DNA from: Basidiobolus meristosporus CBS 931.73
Taxonomy: Eukaryota; Fungi; Basidiobolomycota
Direction of reading: 5' to 3'
Length of the DNA stretch: 64,000 bases
Assembly (NCBI GenBank): GCA_002104905.1
Contig: MCFE01000270.1
Location: 42,891-106,890 of the forward strand
Both the position numbers and the translations under genes were made by a program. Below, in pieces: positions 39,125 to 53,377 of this stretch. The notes under the pieces were generated by a model. It was not told the DNA's origin. It made no database searches and saw nothing but the letters and a program-made list of their open reading frames with translations. Every line of letters begins with the position of its first letter. Positions within the stretch are counted from its first letter, which is position 1.

Positions 39125-41434
39125 TCATGGGTCATACAACTCCCAGCTTCTGAGCCATTCACGTGACTCAAGGTCTTTGGCAGGGTAATCAAATCCGAAG
39201 GCAAATGGTGCAAAGTAAACAAACACTCCAGCCAACAAGACCAGAGCTCCAACCAGCACCGCCCATTGGATGAGCGAGGAGCGCTCTCGAGTGCCGAAGT
39301 CGATCAAGAAGCTGGTCATAAAAATGGCGTAGTAGAGAGCGGGAAAATAATGATGCAGGTATGTGACTCGACCCATTAGAAAGAAGGGGAAGTAGTGCAG
39401 AAACCATCCAGTGAACAGCATCTTCCCGACCTGAAGGAACTTATTTGCCCGGATGGAATTCCTGAAGAGAAGTATGTTGCGTTGACTAGCGATGACCTGG
39501 GCTGCGTATATACTTGCGAAGATAACAATGGAGGCTGCCCCACCCCACCATATTACGGGATGGCCGATCAACCAGTACTTTGTGTCTTCATTTCCCCATG
39601 AGCACATCCTCAGCGCGGTGTTAAGCAGTGGCCAGTCTACGGGTGCCGAGGCGAGCTTATCGATACGATCAGAATCAGGGACGAGCGCGTTGTTTGTCTT
39701 CCACATCGCATGATTCAAGTGTAGAAAATCGGCCCAAAAGCTGGTCTGCAGATCGTGCGGCTCGGCTTTGGGTAAATGCTCATTTTGATGGCTCTCGATG
39801 TTCCATATAGTGTTCGATCCCCACCCCCCCTCCGGATCACAAGTAACCTCTCCTTGGCCATATCCCCATTCTGGTAAAGTTTTCGTGTTGGTCCTCAGAA
39901 CGCACCCCGTCGATCGATGACGGAGACGGAATCTCGTGGTTAGAGAGCGAATTTTTTCTGGCTTGGCCACCACCATATCGTCTAGAATCTCTATATACCA
40001 GTAATCATTGGTGTCTCCGAAAGTGCTATTTCCATATGCGCTCGCTTCGAATTGACCTTCGGTCAATGGGGCTGGAATTCCGTGTGAATGAAGATTTCCA
40101 CCAGTAGTCACGTGGGCCAATCGTATCAAGTCCCCGTTTTTCACTAGGGAGACATCTTCACTGCGAGGCTGGGATTCCTCCCTGGGCTTTAGCACGAACC
40201 AGTTGTTATTTTCGTCTTTATGGCCATATATTGTGACTTGCTGTTGATGAGATCCCGTGGGGTAAAAGTGAGCGTGTGAGTGTAACAGACCGTTGAACTC
40301 GCCATTACTCCTCAAAGTTATGGAGGAGCCATAAGCCAGTTCTAAAGGGACGTTCTTCAGATCGCTACCCTCCAGGTTAGCTTGAAATAGCGATGACATG
40401 ACTCCATCGCTTTTACCGCTCTTCGTTAGTAGAGAAAAGTGGACTTTGAAGCAGGCAACGTATATCCCGAACGGTATAAGGATCAAGCAAATCACTCTGG
40501 AAAGCCAATGCATCACATACTTGACCTTGGGCATCTCGTAGTCACCAAACTTCACCCATAGATCTTCGATCGTCTGAACTCCAACCCAGGCCGTGGTGAA
40601 CAGGCCCACCCACTTGACACTCGCCACACAGCCTATACTTACTCCGGTGAACACCAGCCAGCTCCACCACTTTAGGGAAAACGCGCTATTGTGGTGATAG
40701 CGAAACCCAGAGAATCCCCAAAGAGTGCTTGCTGTGAAGCAAAGAAGTATAGGATCTAGCAGAATGAATCTACTGATTGTGAGTGTAGTTGTATCCATCA
40801 GCACCATACATGCGCACAGAAACGCTCCCTTCTTTGTGTATCCAAGATTCAGACAGGTCCAATAGGATAGTGGTATCATCAGGGCTCCAAAAGCGGCAGT
40901 AAACTGCCTCATCCGAAGGTAATCCAGATTCTCGGGATAATTTTCTCCGCTGTTAAAGTTGTACGACCCATCGTAGCCAGCAAGGTATCCGCCCAGTCCG
41001 ACAAGCATTTTTCCTAGCGGCGGGTGCACATCATGGTAGAATTCATGGCGCAGATAATATGAGCCAAACTAAATAGAGAGTTAGTCGATGCTCGGCCAAG
41101 CTGGGTACAGTGGTGCACAAACTTTTCCGAAGTGAGCTTCGTCCCAGACCACCTTGTTGGCCTTGCCCAGTTGATAGAAGCGTGTAAAGATGGCCATAGA
41201 TGTCAGAAAGATAACGGACCCCCATACAGCAAAGGTGTTTTTCTAGTTGAAATGTAAATAAATGGGGTTGAATGAAACCGTACGTTGGCGAGCTATTACC
41301 CATTGAGAGAATGTGACTCTGCTTATGCTGCCAGGTGTTTTTTCTTTGGCTGTGAAGTCGTCCGGCACGGCAGGTCCAACTGGCTTTTTTAGTTGTTGCT
41401 TTTTATGACGAAGACGCAGGTTGTCCCATACCAT
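39125..41434 (-). CDS. PMT2: Dolichyl-phosphate-mannose:protein O-mannosyltransferase, PMT2 subfamily (paralog a)
   Basis: [32 protein letters not shown] signature across introns; MIR domains (LHSH); [10 protein letters not shown]. Confidence 0.92.
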
Positions 41435-42532
41435 AGTGCTAAATGATGAAAGAGGGAATTCGCGGGACGGGCATGTTTACATGGTCTACAGATGCACACA
41501 CTTTATATAGCCCCGCCGAAGTTGGAGCATCTATTCCTGCATTATAAACAAAGCTTGAATTAGACATGAACCGCCCTAGAGTCGGTGACCATTACCAGTG
41601 GACCTCACTATGACAACAAAGAGATGGCATATTTTTATGAATGTCTTGGATTCATTTTTATATACATTCAATCATGTTGGGTTATGCTATTATTACGCTC
41701 AGTGTGATGACGAGTTTGTCCTTGGTGACAATCTACAAGTGGGCTCGATTGGTAGGCGTAGTGCTACACGCACCAAAGTGTATTTCATGTCAACGACCTG
41801 AGCTGCCCTTCTACCATGATATGACCGTTCCTCATCAGACACAAGCGATCGTCGAATTTTTGAGCTCCGCTACTACCTGAAGCGTGTTTGTTATGTTTGT
41901 GCAACATCAAAATCAATTAAGCTAACTCTGTACGTATGTACCGAGAGTAGTCAATGGGATGCAGGCATGTGAGCGTGGCACAGGTCTATTTATGGGCATC
42001 TCATGACGTTCGCGGTAAGTCAAGATCTAGGCTTCGATTGTGATCTGATTCGTGGTGTGTGCTCTGCTGTCTCAGACCAAGCTACGTCTGGTGTTGCTAA
42101 CAGCTGCAAGCACCCGGCAATCAGAACAATGCTGGCTAAGCTCTCTACCTCGGTCCCAACAAGCTTAGTGGTTGGTATGGGATCGGATACGGACGTTTGT
42201 TGTTCGAATCCCACCACAATTGCGCGTTGAGAGAGCGAGTAAAAATAGCAACCAAAGTCTACTGATATGGAAAATGATGAAAAAAAAATGCCATAGGCTA
42301 GACAGCGCGCCAAATGAAAGCGCGATATACCACATCATTAGGAATCGTTTGCATACCGTTGAACAATCCGAGCGGATTTGTGTTTTTGTAAATCTCATCG
42401 GGGCAAATCGAATCAGTTTCCATGGTCACTTTTTTATATATTTTCCCCGAGGATTATTTTCACCATTCGAGTCTTCGTTAACTACTCTATCCTCCAAGCT
42501 TTCCTCCCGCCTCAGAAAAGGGACGTACATCA

Positions 42533-44833
42533 ATGGTATCTGAACCTTTGCGGCAAAGACACGCCAAAAAACCTGGGTCGAAACTACCCTCGAACAATGA
42601 GGTTTTGGAAACAAAGGATGTCAAGGTTCATTCGGAACCTGTGAAACAATCCAAGGTGAGTCGCTCAGGCGGCTGTTGTGTTTGGTCCTTTGGCTCATCA
42701 ACCCATGCAATTAACTTGTAGTGCTCGCATATTGACTGGATCGTGGTGCTGATCCTGACAGGACTCTCGATTTTCACCCATTACTTCCAGCTAGCCAAAG
42801 CTGGAAGAGTCATCTGGGATGAATCTCACTTTGGAAAGGTAGTAATTGGTTGCAATGTTCGGCCGCCACATCTTGGCTAACAGGCTTATCATACCTAGTT
42901 TGGCTCTTTCTACCTTCGTCGCGAGTTTTACCACGACGTTCATCCTCCACTTGGTAAGATGTTGGTCGCACTAGGCGGCTACCTGTCCGGCTACGACGGA
43001 TCGTTTGATTTCGGAAGCGGCGGCACTTACACCGAAGGAATGAACTATCATGGAATGCGCATGTTCACCGCATTTTTCGGCATGGTCATGGTGCCCGTAG
43101 CGTACCTGACCGCTTTGAATTTCGGGTATACGCGTAAATGCGCCTTCTTGGCTGCTTCCATGGTGTTATTGGATACAACTACATTGGTGATCACCAGGTT
43201 TATCCTTCTTGATCCGATGCTGCTTTGCTTCACTGCGACCACCGGGCTAGCCTTGTCTTACTTCCGTAAACACAAGCACGCCGAATTCTCCACCAAGTGG
43301 TGGATCGGGCTTGTTGCAACCGGCGTCAACCTGGGACTCGTGGCTTCCGTCAAGTGGATCGGCCTTTTCACCATCGCCTGGGTTGGCTGGGATACCATCG
43401 AGGAATTGTGGGACAAGTTCGGGGACTACAAGATGCCAAAGTTGCGCTATCTTCAACACTGGATTGCTCGCGCAATCTGCTTGATCGTCATACCTTTGAG
43501 TATTTATGTCGCCTGCTTCAAGATTCACTTTGCTATCCTGACCAGAAGTGGCAAAGACGATGGTGTCATGAGCTCATTGTTCCAGGCCAACTTGGAAGGT
43601 AGTGAGCTCAAGTCCGTTCCTCTCGAATTAGCCTATGGTTCTGTGGTGACTGTGCATGGGTCTACTGGGCTCCTTCATTCCCATTCCCATCTTTACCCTG
43701 AAGGTTCGAAGCAACAGCAAATCACGACGTATACTTACAAGGACTCCAACAACGAATGGAAGGTTCTGAAGCCAAGAAACGTGGAGCAACCAGCCGAGGA
43801 AGATGCTGTGCTGGTGAAGGATGGGGACTTGATCAGACTGGTCCATACCGCCACCCAGGCCAATCTCCACGCGCACAAAGTTCAAGCCCCAGTCAGCAAA
43901 GCCCACTGGGAAGCCAGTGCTTACGGAAACCTTACATTTGGTGATCAGAACGATTACTGGTATATCGAGGTTCTTGACGATGTCAACACGAAGACCGAAT
44001 ATATCCGCACCCTGACCACCCGATTCCGCTTACGTCACCAAGGGACTGGATGCATCCTCAGGACCACTTCGGAGAATCTTCCTGCCTGGGGCTACAACCA
44101 AGGGGAAGTCGCCTGCGATAAGGAGACCAGCTACTGGGGACAGGGTGCCGTGTGGAATATCGAGGGACATGTTAACCAGCACCTGCCAATTGCCGAGCCC
44201 CAAAACTTCAAAACCAGCTTCTGGCATGACTTCGTTCACCTCAACATTGCTATGTGGAGAACAAACAATGGGTTGATCCCTGACCCAGACAAGGACGATC
44301 ACCTGGCATCTCAGCCCTACGAATGGCCCCTTTTGATAACCGCCATGAGAATGTGCTCGTGGGGAGATAACGACATCAAGTTCTGGCTAGTGGGCCATCC
44401 CTTTATCTGGTGGGGCAGCATCCTGGCATTGTGCAGTTTCGTCGGCATCACTGGGCTCTACCTGATCATGCAACAGAGAAGAATTCAGCTATTCGGCAGC
44501 TCGGCCAGATCCAACGAATTCTTCCCTCTTGGAAGATTACTGTTTGTCGGCTGGTTCCTGCACTATTTCCCGTTCTTCTTGATGGGACGTGTCACCTACC
44601 TGCATCATTATTTCCCAGCGTTGTACTTCGCCATCTTCATGTTCACCTTCTTGATCGACTTCTTCATCAAGAACCGCTCGGAGTTCGTTCAATGGGCCGT
44701 GGTGTTGGCCGTATTCTCGGTTACCCTGTGGGTGTTCCTGTTGTACAGTCCGTTCGTATTCGGATTTGATTATCCAGCCCGGGATCTGGCCAATAGAGAG
44801 CTGCTTAATCGTTGGAAGTTATACAATCGGTAA
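42533..44833 (+). CDS. PMT2: O-mannosyltransferase, PMT2 subfamily (paralog b)
   Basis: [32 protein letters not shown]; same domain layout, and the intron after HFGK is in the same position as in paralog a. Confidence 0.92.
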
Positions 44834-45005
44834 TCCCATCGTGTTCGCATGGGACGACCTCTGGGTTTATTTAAAGTTATACAATTAAGAATGAAATAAA
44901 AAGTGAAGCCGTAACATCGTGAGCGTGTAGTATCGAGGTGAATGAAGGCCATCGGGTGTGGTGGAAAATTACATTAGATATTCTACATGGACGGAGTGGG
45001 TGACG

Positions 45006-46191
45006 CTACTTTTGGGGACCACCCGACCCGCAACCCTCGTCCAGTTCTTTCTCGATCGCGGTCAGACGCAACATGGCCGCATTCGCCATCACCTCGCGCT
45101 GGCTTAAAGAAGGATCGCTTTTGGCACCGCCCAAGACCCTGGAAGTGCTGGGATTCGCATCGCTATACGACACGTCGTCCGGATCGAAGAATTTCTTCTT
45201 GGAAAGGGTTTTCCCGTTGGATTTGGTCCAGTTCAACTCCACTGTTGGAACATGGGTTAGTCTAAGCCAAGACGGGTTGGGGCCATTCAACGAGCCACTT
45301 ACCAACTTCTTTGTTCAGTTTCCGGTCCAGCTGATGGAAATTTTGGTCGTGCTCCGACCAAACCATGTGGGTGAGCTCGTGTAGTAGCACCTTCAGTAGC
45401 ATGTCGTAGCCTCGAAATCCCTCCAGATCGTCAGTGCGTAGTCGAATGGCTATGGTCTCCCCCTTGTTTCTGTTGTACCCTAATATCGAGCGCTCCGAGG
45501 GGGAGAGTTCGATGAGGGCCCCCACGGACCATTTATACTTCTTCATGATCTCACGTACACCGAGGTCCTCTTTTAGTCTCTGCAACAGACTGCGGGCTCG
45601 CTCCTGTTGCGAAAATTGAGGGAGCACCTCGATTCGATGGAAAGTGTATTGGTCATCTTGGCTTGTGCGCACCGGTTTGTATGCCTAAGAAGCGTGTGAG
45701 CCATTGCCGGATTCGCCGAGGGTTAGGTGGCCTCGATGACTTACTTGAACCTTTCGGGGCAACACCCGATCGAAGGGGATCTTGCTGACCGCGTTCTGGT
45801 CCAGCTCTTGGATTTTTTGTACCTGGTTGGGCGAGGTGGCCAGTAGCATCACCTTGCTACCTGGCAACAGATTGCTTTCTCCCAGGGTATGCTCGTCTTT
45901 CAGCTTCCCTAAAGACGTGGTTAGAGGTAAGATAAGAAGCCTTCGAACCAGGAAAGGGGGGCTAACCTTTGTAGAGTAGTTTTTGATACTCGGGCTCCAC
46001 ACCGGTTATCTCACGAATATGTTCCTTTAAAGTTTGTACAGTGGAATCCAGTGGGCGGGAAATGTCGTGGGGCTTTCCTTTATATGTTACAGTGAAAGTA
46101 ACTATTGTTGAGATGGAAAGTTGCGGGGTCAGCATTGGAGGGATCGGAAGTTGCTTATGAATGGCGGCAACTTACTGTTTTCAGCATCCAT
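45006..46191 (-). CDS. Ubiquitin-like + WLM domain zinc metalloprotease (Wss1-related), multi-exon
   Basis: UBL-like exon (LLPGSKVMLL); WLM core ILGYNRNKGETIAIRLRTDD...LLHELTH; start codon tentative. Confidence 0.85.
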
Positions 46192-46577
46192 GGTAGGGCT
46201 AATCGATGAGGTAAATGCGAAGAAAATAATGAACAAATTAACCAAACGCCCGCCAACACCATGATTTATAGTGACGAAGGATCCGCAGTCCCGACCAGGT
46301 TTATGTAAGCGGGTTATTACTAATCAACCAGTATATTCTAGGAGGATTATCCTGGAATCCCTGGCGGAGATGGGTTGCTGTGCCTCACTATATCTTGTGG
46401 TGAATTTGGGTGGCTAACTAATAAAGACCACTGCGCGCCAAGCAACACTCCTAGCTTGGGAGACATCTTGCCACCATCCAATTGGTTCAGGTAAAGCGAT
46501 GCTTGTACTAATTCGAGAAAACTAGTCAATGCCTTTATTAACTTGGGCATCAATGTTCCCGCGTGCCGCAGTCGGCA

Positions 46578-48465
46578 TCACAGTTTGATTAATGGGCGAA
46601 CCACCTGGTTCCAATTATCTGACCATCTGACGCGCTGGAACTGAGCAATATTCCGGCGCATCTCCTCCAGCTTGGGATTCTCGTTCAGCTTGAGAGTAAA
46701 GAGCATCTAGGTTGAGGTTACGCGTGAATGCCATGGGCATATGAGGGACCCTGGGTGAATGCATACCTGCAACTGTTCATAAAGCTCCTGGTGATTCTTG
46801 AACACTAGACCGTTCTTTTGATGCTGCACCAGTTCATCAAGACTGGCGAAATAGAAGGGTTAGCCCGTCCCAACGTAGGTGTACGTAACAAGGAATTCGT
46901 ACCAGGAGAAGTCAATTGCACAGACAGGGAGTCCACAGCCAAACATGTCGACCACCTTCATTGGCAGATCCAATCCAGAAGAGGATTTATGCAAACATAC
47001 CCCAAGATCCGCGGCGCCTATTCAACAGTCTAGTTAGGTTCAGGTTGCATAGACTTCATGCCAGTTGACTTGCCTAAGAGAGCTGGATAGTCTTCAGCAG
47101 ATAACCACAAGGTACCAATACAAACATGCGTCATGCTCAAGTCTCGAATCTTCTGTTCGTACATCTCACGCAGTGGCCCTTTTCCAGTGATGACGAAAAT
47201 AAGGTTGGGAAGTCCCGATTTTGGTTGGGATGCCCTTTGATTGTACTCCTTGGCTGCTTCAAGAAGAACCGAGAAGTCTTCATCCTCGGTCCAACTGGTG
47301 CTACTGACAATCAACGCTGGTCGGTCAGCTCTAAACTGGGCTGGAGAGTTCTGTTTGGTCTTCACGGTCAACAAAGTGCTGCGAACGCCAGGCTCACGGA
47401 CAATCCAATCCTGGTCGGCTCCTTGTTGGATCAAGAGATCACGAAGATTTAGTCGAGACAGAAGCTACGCGGCAGGTTGAACGATTGTAAGTATATATGC
47501 ACTAATTCGACGGAGGTCTCCGATGACTACCTGGTGGATTTCTTCAACTGCCAATCGTCTAAAATGAGACGGTGGTCGGTCGTATAACGTCACGGTGTTT
47601 CCCCTATTGCAATGGCGTTAGCGAGATTGGAGCAGCAACCAGCCGCTGGGTAATACTTACTCTATGCCCCAGCTTTCCTGAAGCTCCTTTGCCATTGCCT
47701 TGGTGACGCAGAGATGAGCGTACGCCTTGCGGCCAAACACCTTTTCATACCTAGGGCAAACGCTCAGCATCATGCCTGCAACTATGACTATCTAGGAACT
47801 ATCACCGACCATTTGGCAAACTTCACCACGAAATTCGACATGCCTAAATTCAAACCAAGTATAGTGTATCCGAAATTGTGCCAATCGATGATCAATTTCG
47901 CCCCTCTCAAAAACGCAACGCACTGCGCAATAAGAAGTGTCGGGATAGCTGGGGGATTCTATATAGCAAAAGCCGGTTTAGCTCGTGTAGTTGTGAGGGA
48001 AAAGCCAAAGGACCCTGTACTTGGAGAAAGATGTAGTCCGGTTTGGATACGGTGAAAAGAAGTATCCAGAATAACTGGAGGATCTGGAACAACACTTTGA
48101 ATGGAGCATACAGAAGAAAGGCCAGCTTTGGTAGGCCAGGTGGTAACTTCCATGGCGCTTGGATGTACTGAAGCTTGATATAAGCTGAGTTTACGACATT
48201 CTCCATAGGGATTGAACCTACATGGAAGAGCCTTAGAGTTTATCTTTCAACGGTCAAGGAAATCTAGGCCAGTCTAATCAATACCTTCGTAACCAACAAA
48301 ATCCACAAAGTACCCTTGTTCAGCAAAAGAAAGCGCGTGGTATTGCATACGAGGCGAGCGCCCAACATCGCCCAACACCAGTAGGGTCACCCGTTTCCCT
48401 GAGGCTTCCGAAGCCTCTCGAGAGGCCTTGGGAGTATTTCTGTTTCTTTTACGTTTCGGGGCCAT
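46578..48465 (-). CDS. ALG1: Chitobiosyldiphosphodolichol beta-1,4-mannosyltransferase, multi-exon
   Basis: [17 protein letters not shown]; [15 protein letters not shown]; ITGKGPLRE; [12 protein letters not shown]; C-terminal RWSDNWNQV. Confidence 0.92.
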
Positions 48466-49229
48466 TCAATTAGAGATAGGTTGAATCAGGCAGGTAGCAG
48501 CGATATGGGAATCCCCGAATGGATAGGCATAGCCAGGGATTTTAACCCAGGAATCTCGATCTCGGCTATTTTCCAGCATCCTCCTCGTGCCTCTGGATGA
48601 TAGGTAAAAATGAATCAACACTACGCGTTGGGCAGTCTGACTAGAAAATGATTTGCGAAATCTGAGATAGCTTCCGTTCTGTAAAATCTTGCATAACTTA
48701 CCCCCCAACAGTTGTATAGTGACTGAGATGGTTACTTGGTGATAGAATAAGCCGAAGTTCCAACTTGGAGGCCCTCCACTGTAGCATGTTTCTCTCTCCA
48801 ACCACAAGCCTGTGCTTGCTCGTCTACGGAATAGACACATTTCAATCATGAAAAGACGTGACAACTATTCCTTGGCCCTGTCTCCTGCTAGCTCTTGGTC
48901 ATTAACTTCACCATCCTAGGATCACAGTGCGATCGGTCATTAATCCACCCTGTAGGTGGGCAATCAATGAGATCAGCCAGCGGTTGGCTGCTGCATCTGA
49001 ACAGAATTGTTGGGAATTCTTTTTCGTGGACGATCCTCGATAGTTAAACTGGCCATAGACACTTGATTGCACGGTACTTCCTAGGGCATGCTTACATAAA
49101 ATGACTGACCTCAAGTCCAGCACTTTAAATCTTTTCGAAAACTTCAAACAAAAGTAAATGTTTCAAAACGTCGCTACTTTCTATGTTGATCGGTTGAATA
49201 ACCGCTGATTTGCCTCCAGTGTTAACAAG

Positions 49230-50200
49230 TGGGAGGAGGTTCAGGAGGAGGGACTCCAGTTGCTCTCACGCTGGAACAGAAGCGGAGGTAATCTCGCATT
49301 TCCAGAAGCACCCCGCTGTTGCTCGTAAGCTTGGGATTGACCCCTCTATTTGATCTAGCGGCAGAAGAAACTGTCTACCTGCTCACTCAAGTTTTGGAAA
49401 AACGTAACCCCTCTCTGCCCAATTTTATTTTCCTTCGTACATGCTAAACCGAAAACATGTTCTCTCCCGAAACAACAAAAGTTCGAGCCCTCTTGCATGA
49501 TATGCACCAGGGTAAACACCAATTGCTCGCGCTCTTAAGTTCACAGCCGATCAGCTCGGCAAAGGTAGTGTGTCTACTCTATCAGGCTTCATTGGGACGG
49601 GGCTAATAGAGATTTACACTTCTCCTCCATTTATCCAGCTGGCGGTGGATCACGGGGTAGATCGCAAGTTTCCCTCCGTTGTGGATATCATCGACTTTAT
49701 GAGCATATATATCGATATGTACGAGCGTGAAGTCCTGCTAAAGGTAAGTTGGACCGGCCACCATGCCAGGCCTTGCAGCCACTTCGTGTATCTAACGGCT
49801 ACTTGGCGACATAGGAAACTATAGTCGCGTCTGCCAGCGACTCCGAGCCTACTCAACAGCGCTCGGACTCTTTATTCGCCCTCTGGAAGTCCCAGACCTA
49901 TGTTGACTCGAAACAGACAGAGTATATCGAGGATAGAATGAGGTTGTTCAACTAACATAGAGGCAACCCTGGCATGGTTGGACGCTAGAATAGGACGCGG
50001 TTCTACAGCCTGCATGTATGGTTCGACCATTTATTGCACCAATAAAGGCACGGTGCAAGAGGTGACTGCACCAAGATCCTCAACGGTGTGTATGTAATAG
50101 CACTGCTCCAGCCATGAAACCATCCACCCTGAGCAAGTGCTGATTGATGTGCGATGTAGAGGACACTCGGCCAATTGAATCCCAGCCGTCGTTGGGACGT
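49230..50200 (+). CDS. Possible multi-exon hypothetical protein
   Basis: Short open stretches bounded by GTAAGT/GTAATC donors and AG acceptors (e.g. PFIQLAVDHGVDRKFPSVVDIIDFM...LLK then ETIVAS...LFALWKSQTYV); no family recognised; bounds uncertain. Confidence 0.3.
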
Positions 50201-50773
50201 TGGTAGCACTAGATTAATTAAAGTTCCAAATATGAAGGATCGGCTGATGAGCAGCGTTGATCAGAGCGTTGCTAATGGCAAACCTAGGCCCACCCACGAT
50301 GGCCCAACGCCTTCGCTTGTGGTCAGGGAGCCAGTCCCGGGATGGGTTTCGTGTTAGCCCTGTATGACCATCAATGGCCCATGGTCGTGGCGGCTCTGTG
50401 GGCATTGGTGTGCGTGTGGTTGGGCTGTTTGATCTCCAGAGAGCCGCTGGCAGGGCTGGACATGGCATGGCATGGCGTGGGATCACTAATCGGTTCGCAT
50501 GAGGCGAGGGCCAGCTTTCCGACTGAACAGACCTGCGCTGTAAATGGAAAATCAAGGGATGAGGGTCAGGGTTTGGCATCTCGGTGTAGGAGTCAACAAT
50601 GGCTACTCTGAGATAGGGTAGTGGCTGTAGGTTAATATCGAGAGGGGTGTTGTGCAGATTGAGGTTGGCCAGTGATTGGTTGTGATATTTAATTCCCCTT
50701 TACCCTCTCACACCCTAACCTACCATAGTTGGACCAGTGATCCGTACCTGTTCAAATATATCCGCATCTAACA

Positions 50774-50799
50774 CGTTTCGTTTCGTTTCGTTCCGTTTC
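50774..50799. repeat. Short (CGTTT)n microsatellite upstream of the septin gene
   Basis: cgtttcgtttcgtttcgttccgtttc. Confidence 0.7.
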
Positions 50800-50855
50800 A
50801 ATAAAGCTTTTTGAAAGTCATTTCCCACCGTTGTTCTCTAACTTGATAAATTCGA

Positions 50856-52994
50856 ATGGCACCACTCACTGGTAGGTATTCCCGTAGCCAGCTCGAATCC
50901 AGGCCTGAGCCTTTGTCGCACCCAGTGCCCGTCCCGTACTGATTTTCCTCTCATCCCTCTATCCTGTAGTCGACAGTCTTCCCAACGACTCTCCAACGAT
51001 TGCCAACGGGCTAAAAGTAAGTGCGAAGAAAACGAGGAGAGGTGCTGAATCTGCCCGACCCGGCGCCTAAATCTCCCTCGGAAGATTTCAATCTTGTACG
51101 GAAACTCAACCACAACCTCTATTCCAGTCCCTCGTTAAGAAGAAGCCTCAAGGATATGTTGGTTTCTCGAATCTCCCTAACCAAGTGCATAGGCGCTCCG
51201 TGAAACAAGGCTTCTATTTCACGTGCATGGTAGTTGGTAATATTTCCTGCTTTTTCCTTTCTCGCCAAGTCCGGCCAAGTAATTCGTGTGGGGTCCTCTA
51301 GGGGAGTCTGGTCTGGGAAAGTCCACCTTGGTGAACACCCTCTTCAACACCGCGCTATATCCCCCGAAGCAACAGGCTCCGTTGTTGGAGGAATCCCCCA
51401 AAACGGTAGAGGTTCAAGCCATTAGTGCAGGTATGGAGTTTGTCAAGGGAGGGTGCTTAAAGCCCGGGCTTACCCTCATTACATTGAAGATATCATCGAA
51501 AACGACGTCAAATTGAGACTGACCGTCATCGACACCCCTGGTTTTGGCGACTATATCAACAATGAGGACAGGTACGTGCGGAGCCGCTAGTGGACTAGTT
51601 TGCCCCGACGAGTAACCCCCTTGTGTTGGCTAGCTGGAAGCCTATCCTGGATAACATAGAGTCTCGTTTCGATGCTTACCTGGAGCAGGAAAACCGGGTC
51701 AACCGTAGCCGCATGGTTGATAATCGGGTTCATGCCTGCATGTATTTCATCGCCCCTACCGGCCATTCGTAAGTAGATGCGGGGTTGCCTTGGTTGGGAA
51801 TTCCCCTCGTCCAGCTCACGCAACTTTCTCTTCCTTGCCCGTAGCCTCAAACCACTGGACGTGGAATTCATGAAGCGCCTCCACACGAAAGTCAACCTGA
51901 TCCCGGTTATCGCCAAATCGGACACCCTGACCGAAGAGGAGATCCAAGGATTCAAGCAGCGCGTACGAGTTCATGCATCGTGAGAATAATGTTGGGTGCG
52001 CGATACTGACGCTTCCTGGGACTAGATTCTCGCCGACATCCACCACCACGGGATTCAAATCTTCACGCCCTCTGACTACGCCAACGATGAGCCCGAGACC
52101 ATTGCCCAGAACAAGGAGATCGTGGTAGGTGTTTGTACTGCGGACGGGCTGGTGTAGCACCCAAAAGACTTACGTATGTCGACCCATCTCTAGAACAAAA
52201 TCCCATTCGCCATTGTTGGAAGCGACAAGGAGGTCGAAGTCAACGGCAAGATGGTTCGCGGCCGCAAATATCCCTGGGGTGTCATTGAAGGTACCGCTTG
52301 GCCTCTGTCAACTTGTGGCCATCTCCCACTAATCACTATAGCGGCTATCCAGTGGACAACGAGGAGCACTGTGATTTCTCGCAGCTGCGCCAAATGCTGA
52401 TCAGGTACGTCTAACCAGCTGACCTACGCAGCAGAACCCCATCGATGCTAACCCGGCTTCCGCTCGGCCAGAACGCATATGGAGGAGCTGAAGGAGCACA
52501 CCAGCACCATTATCTATGAAAACTACCGCTCGGCCAAATTGCAAGAGCTCGGCATTGATCAAGACCCCTCGGTTTTCAAGGATGTCAAGTAGGCTTCGAC
52601 TCGATGTGCTGACCGTCCACCCACAGGTGCTCACTCACCATTGTTTTTCCTCGATAAGCCCTCTAGCTAAGATGGAGGAGGAGCGCAAGCTCCATGAAAG
52701 TAGGATGGAGAAGATGGAGGCCGAAATGAAGATGGTGTTCCAACAAAAGGTCCAGGAAAAAGAAGACAAACTGAAGCAGACCGAGGAGGAGGTATGTCAG
52801 AGCCATGGGTTCTGATGATTCCGCACTAGACTCATCCATCTTCGATGTAGCTCTACACCCGCCACAAGGAGATGAAGGAGGCATTGGAGAAGCAAAGATA
52901 CGAGCTGGAGCAGAAGAAGAAGAAGCTCGAGGCTAGCGAGCGGAATGGCACCCTGGAGAAGTCCAGGAAGAAGACCTTCGGGTTCAAGAACTAA
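50856..52994 (+). CDS. CDC3: Septin, Cdc3-type, multi-exon
   Basis: [23 protein letters not shown]-loop, [24 protein letters not shown]-terminal coiled coil; subgroup assigned from N-terminal motifs. Confidence 0.85.
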
Positions 52995-53377
52995 TCGGGC
53001 CTCCACGCGACGGCCCCCTGAAGCAGCCTCATTCTTAGAAATAATCCCATCGAGCTATCGTTGATTTAATTTGCAATAATTCTTTCCCCAACATTTTTTA
53101 ACACCATCTTAAGTATATGTTGTCCTTAACAAGGAGGATCGACAACGCTAATAAAAATCCTTTCTAATTTACGATTTATTTTTTCTCGGCGCCATGTGCC
53201 GGGGTTGAGACAAAGTGGAAGGAAGTGATGCGTACAAACTAGAGTCAAACCATGTGTTGCGCTGGCCATCCGGGGAGGCCCGACTGGAAAAGATTGATGG
53301 GTAAACTGATGTGAAGAGTGCAGTGGTTGTGATGAGCCAGTGGTGGGCCGTGGGACCCGTGGTCGGCAAACGGGGGT

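Noticed and set aside
48466-48864. 132-aa ORF directly upstream of ALG1
   Set aside because: No recognisable motif; it probably spans the ALG1 promoter/5' UTR.
50713-50718. Interstitial telomere repeat
   Set aside because: A single CCCTAA, expected by chance.
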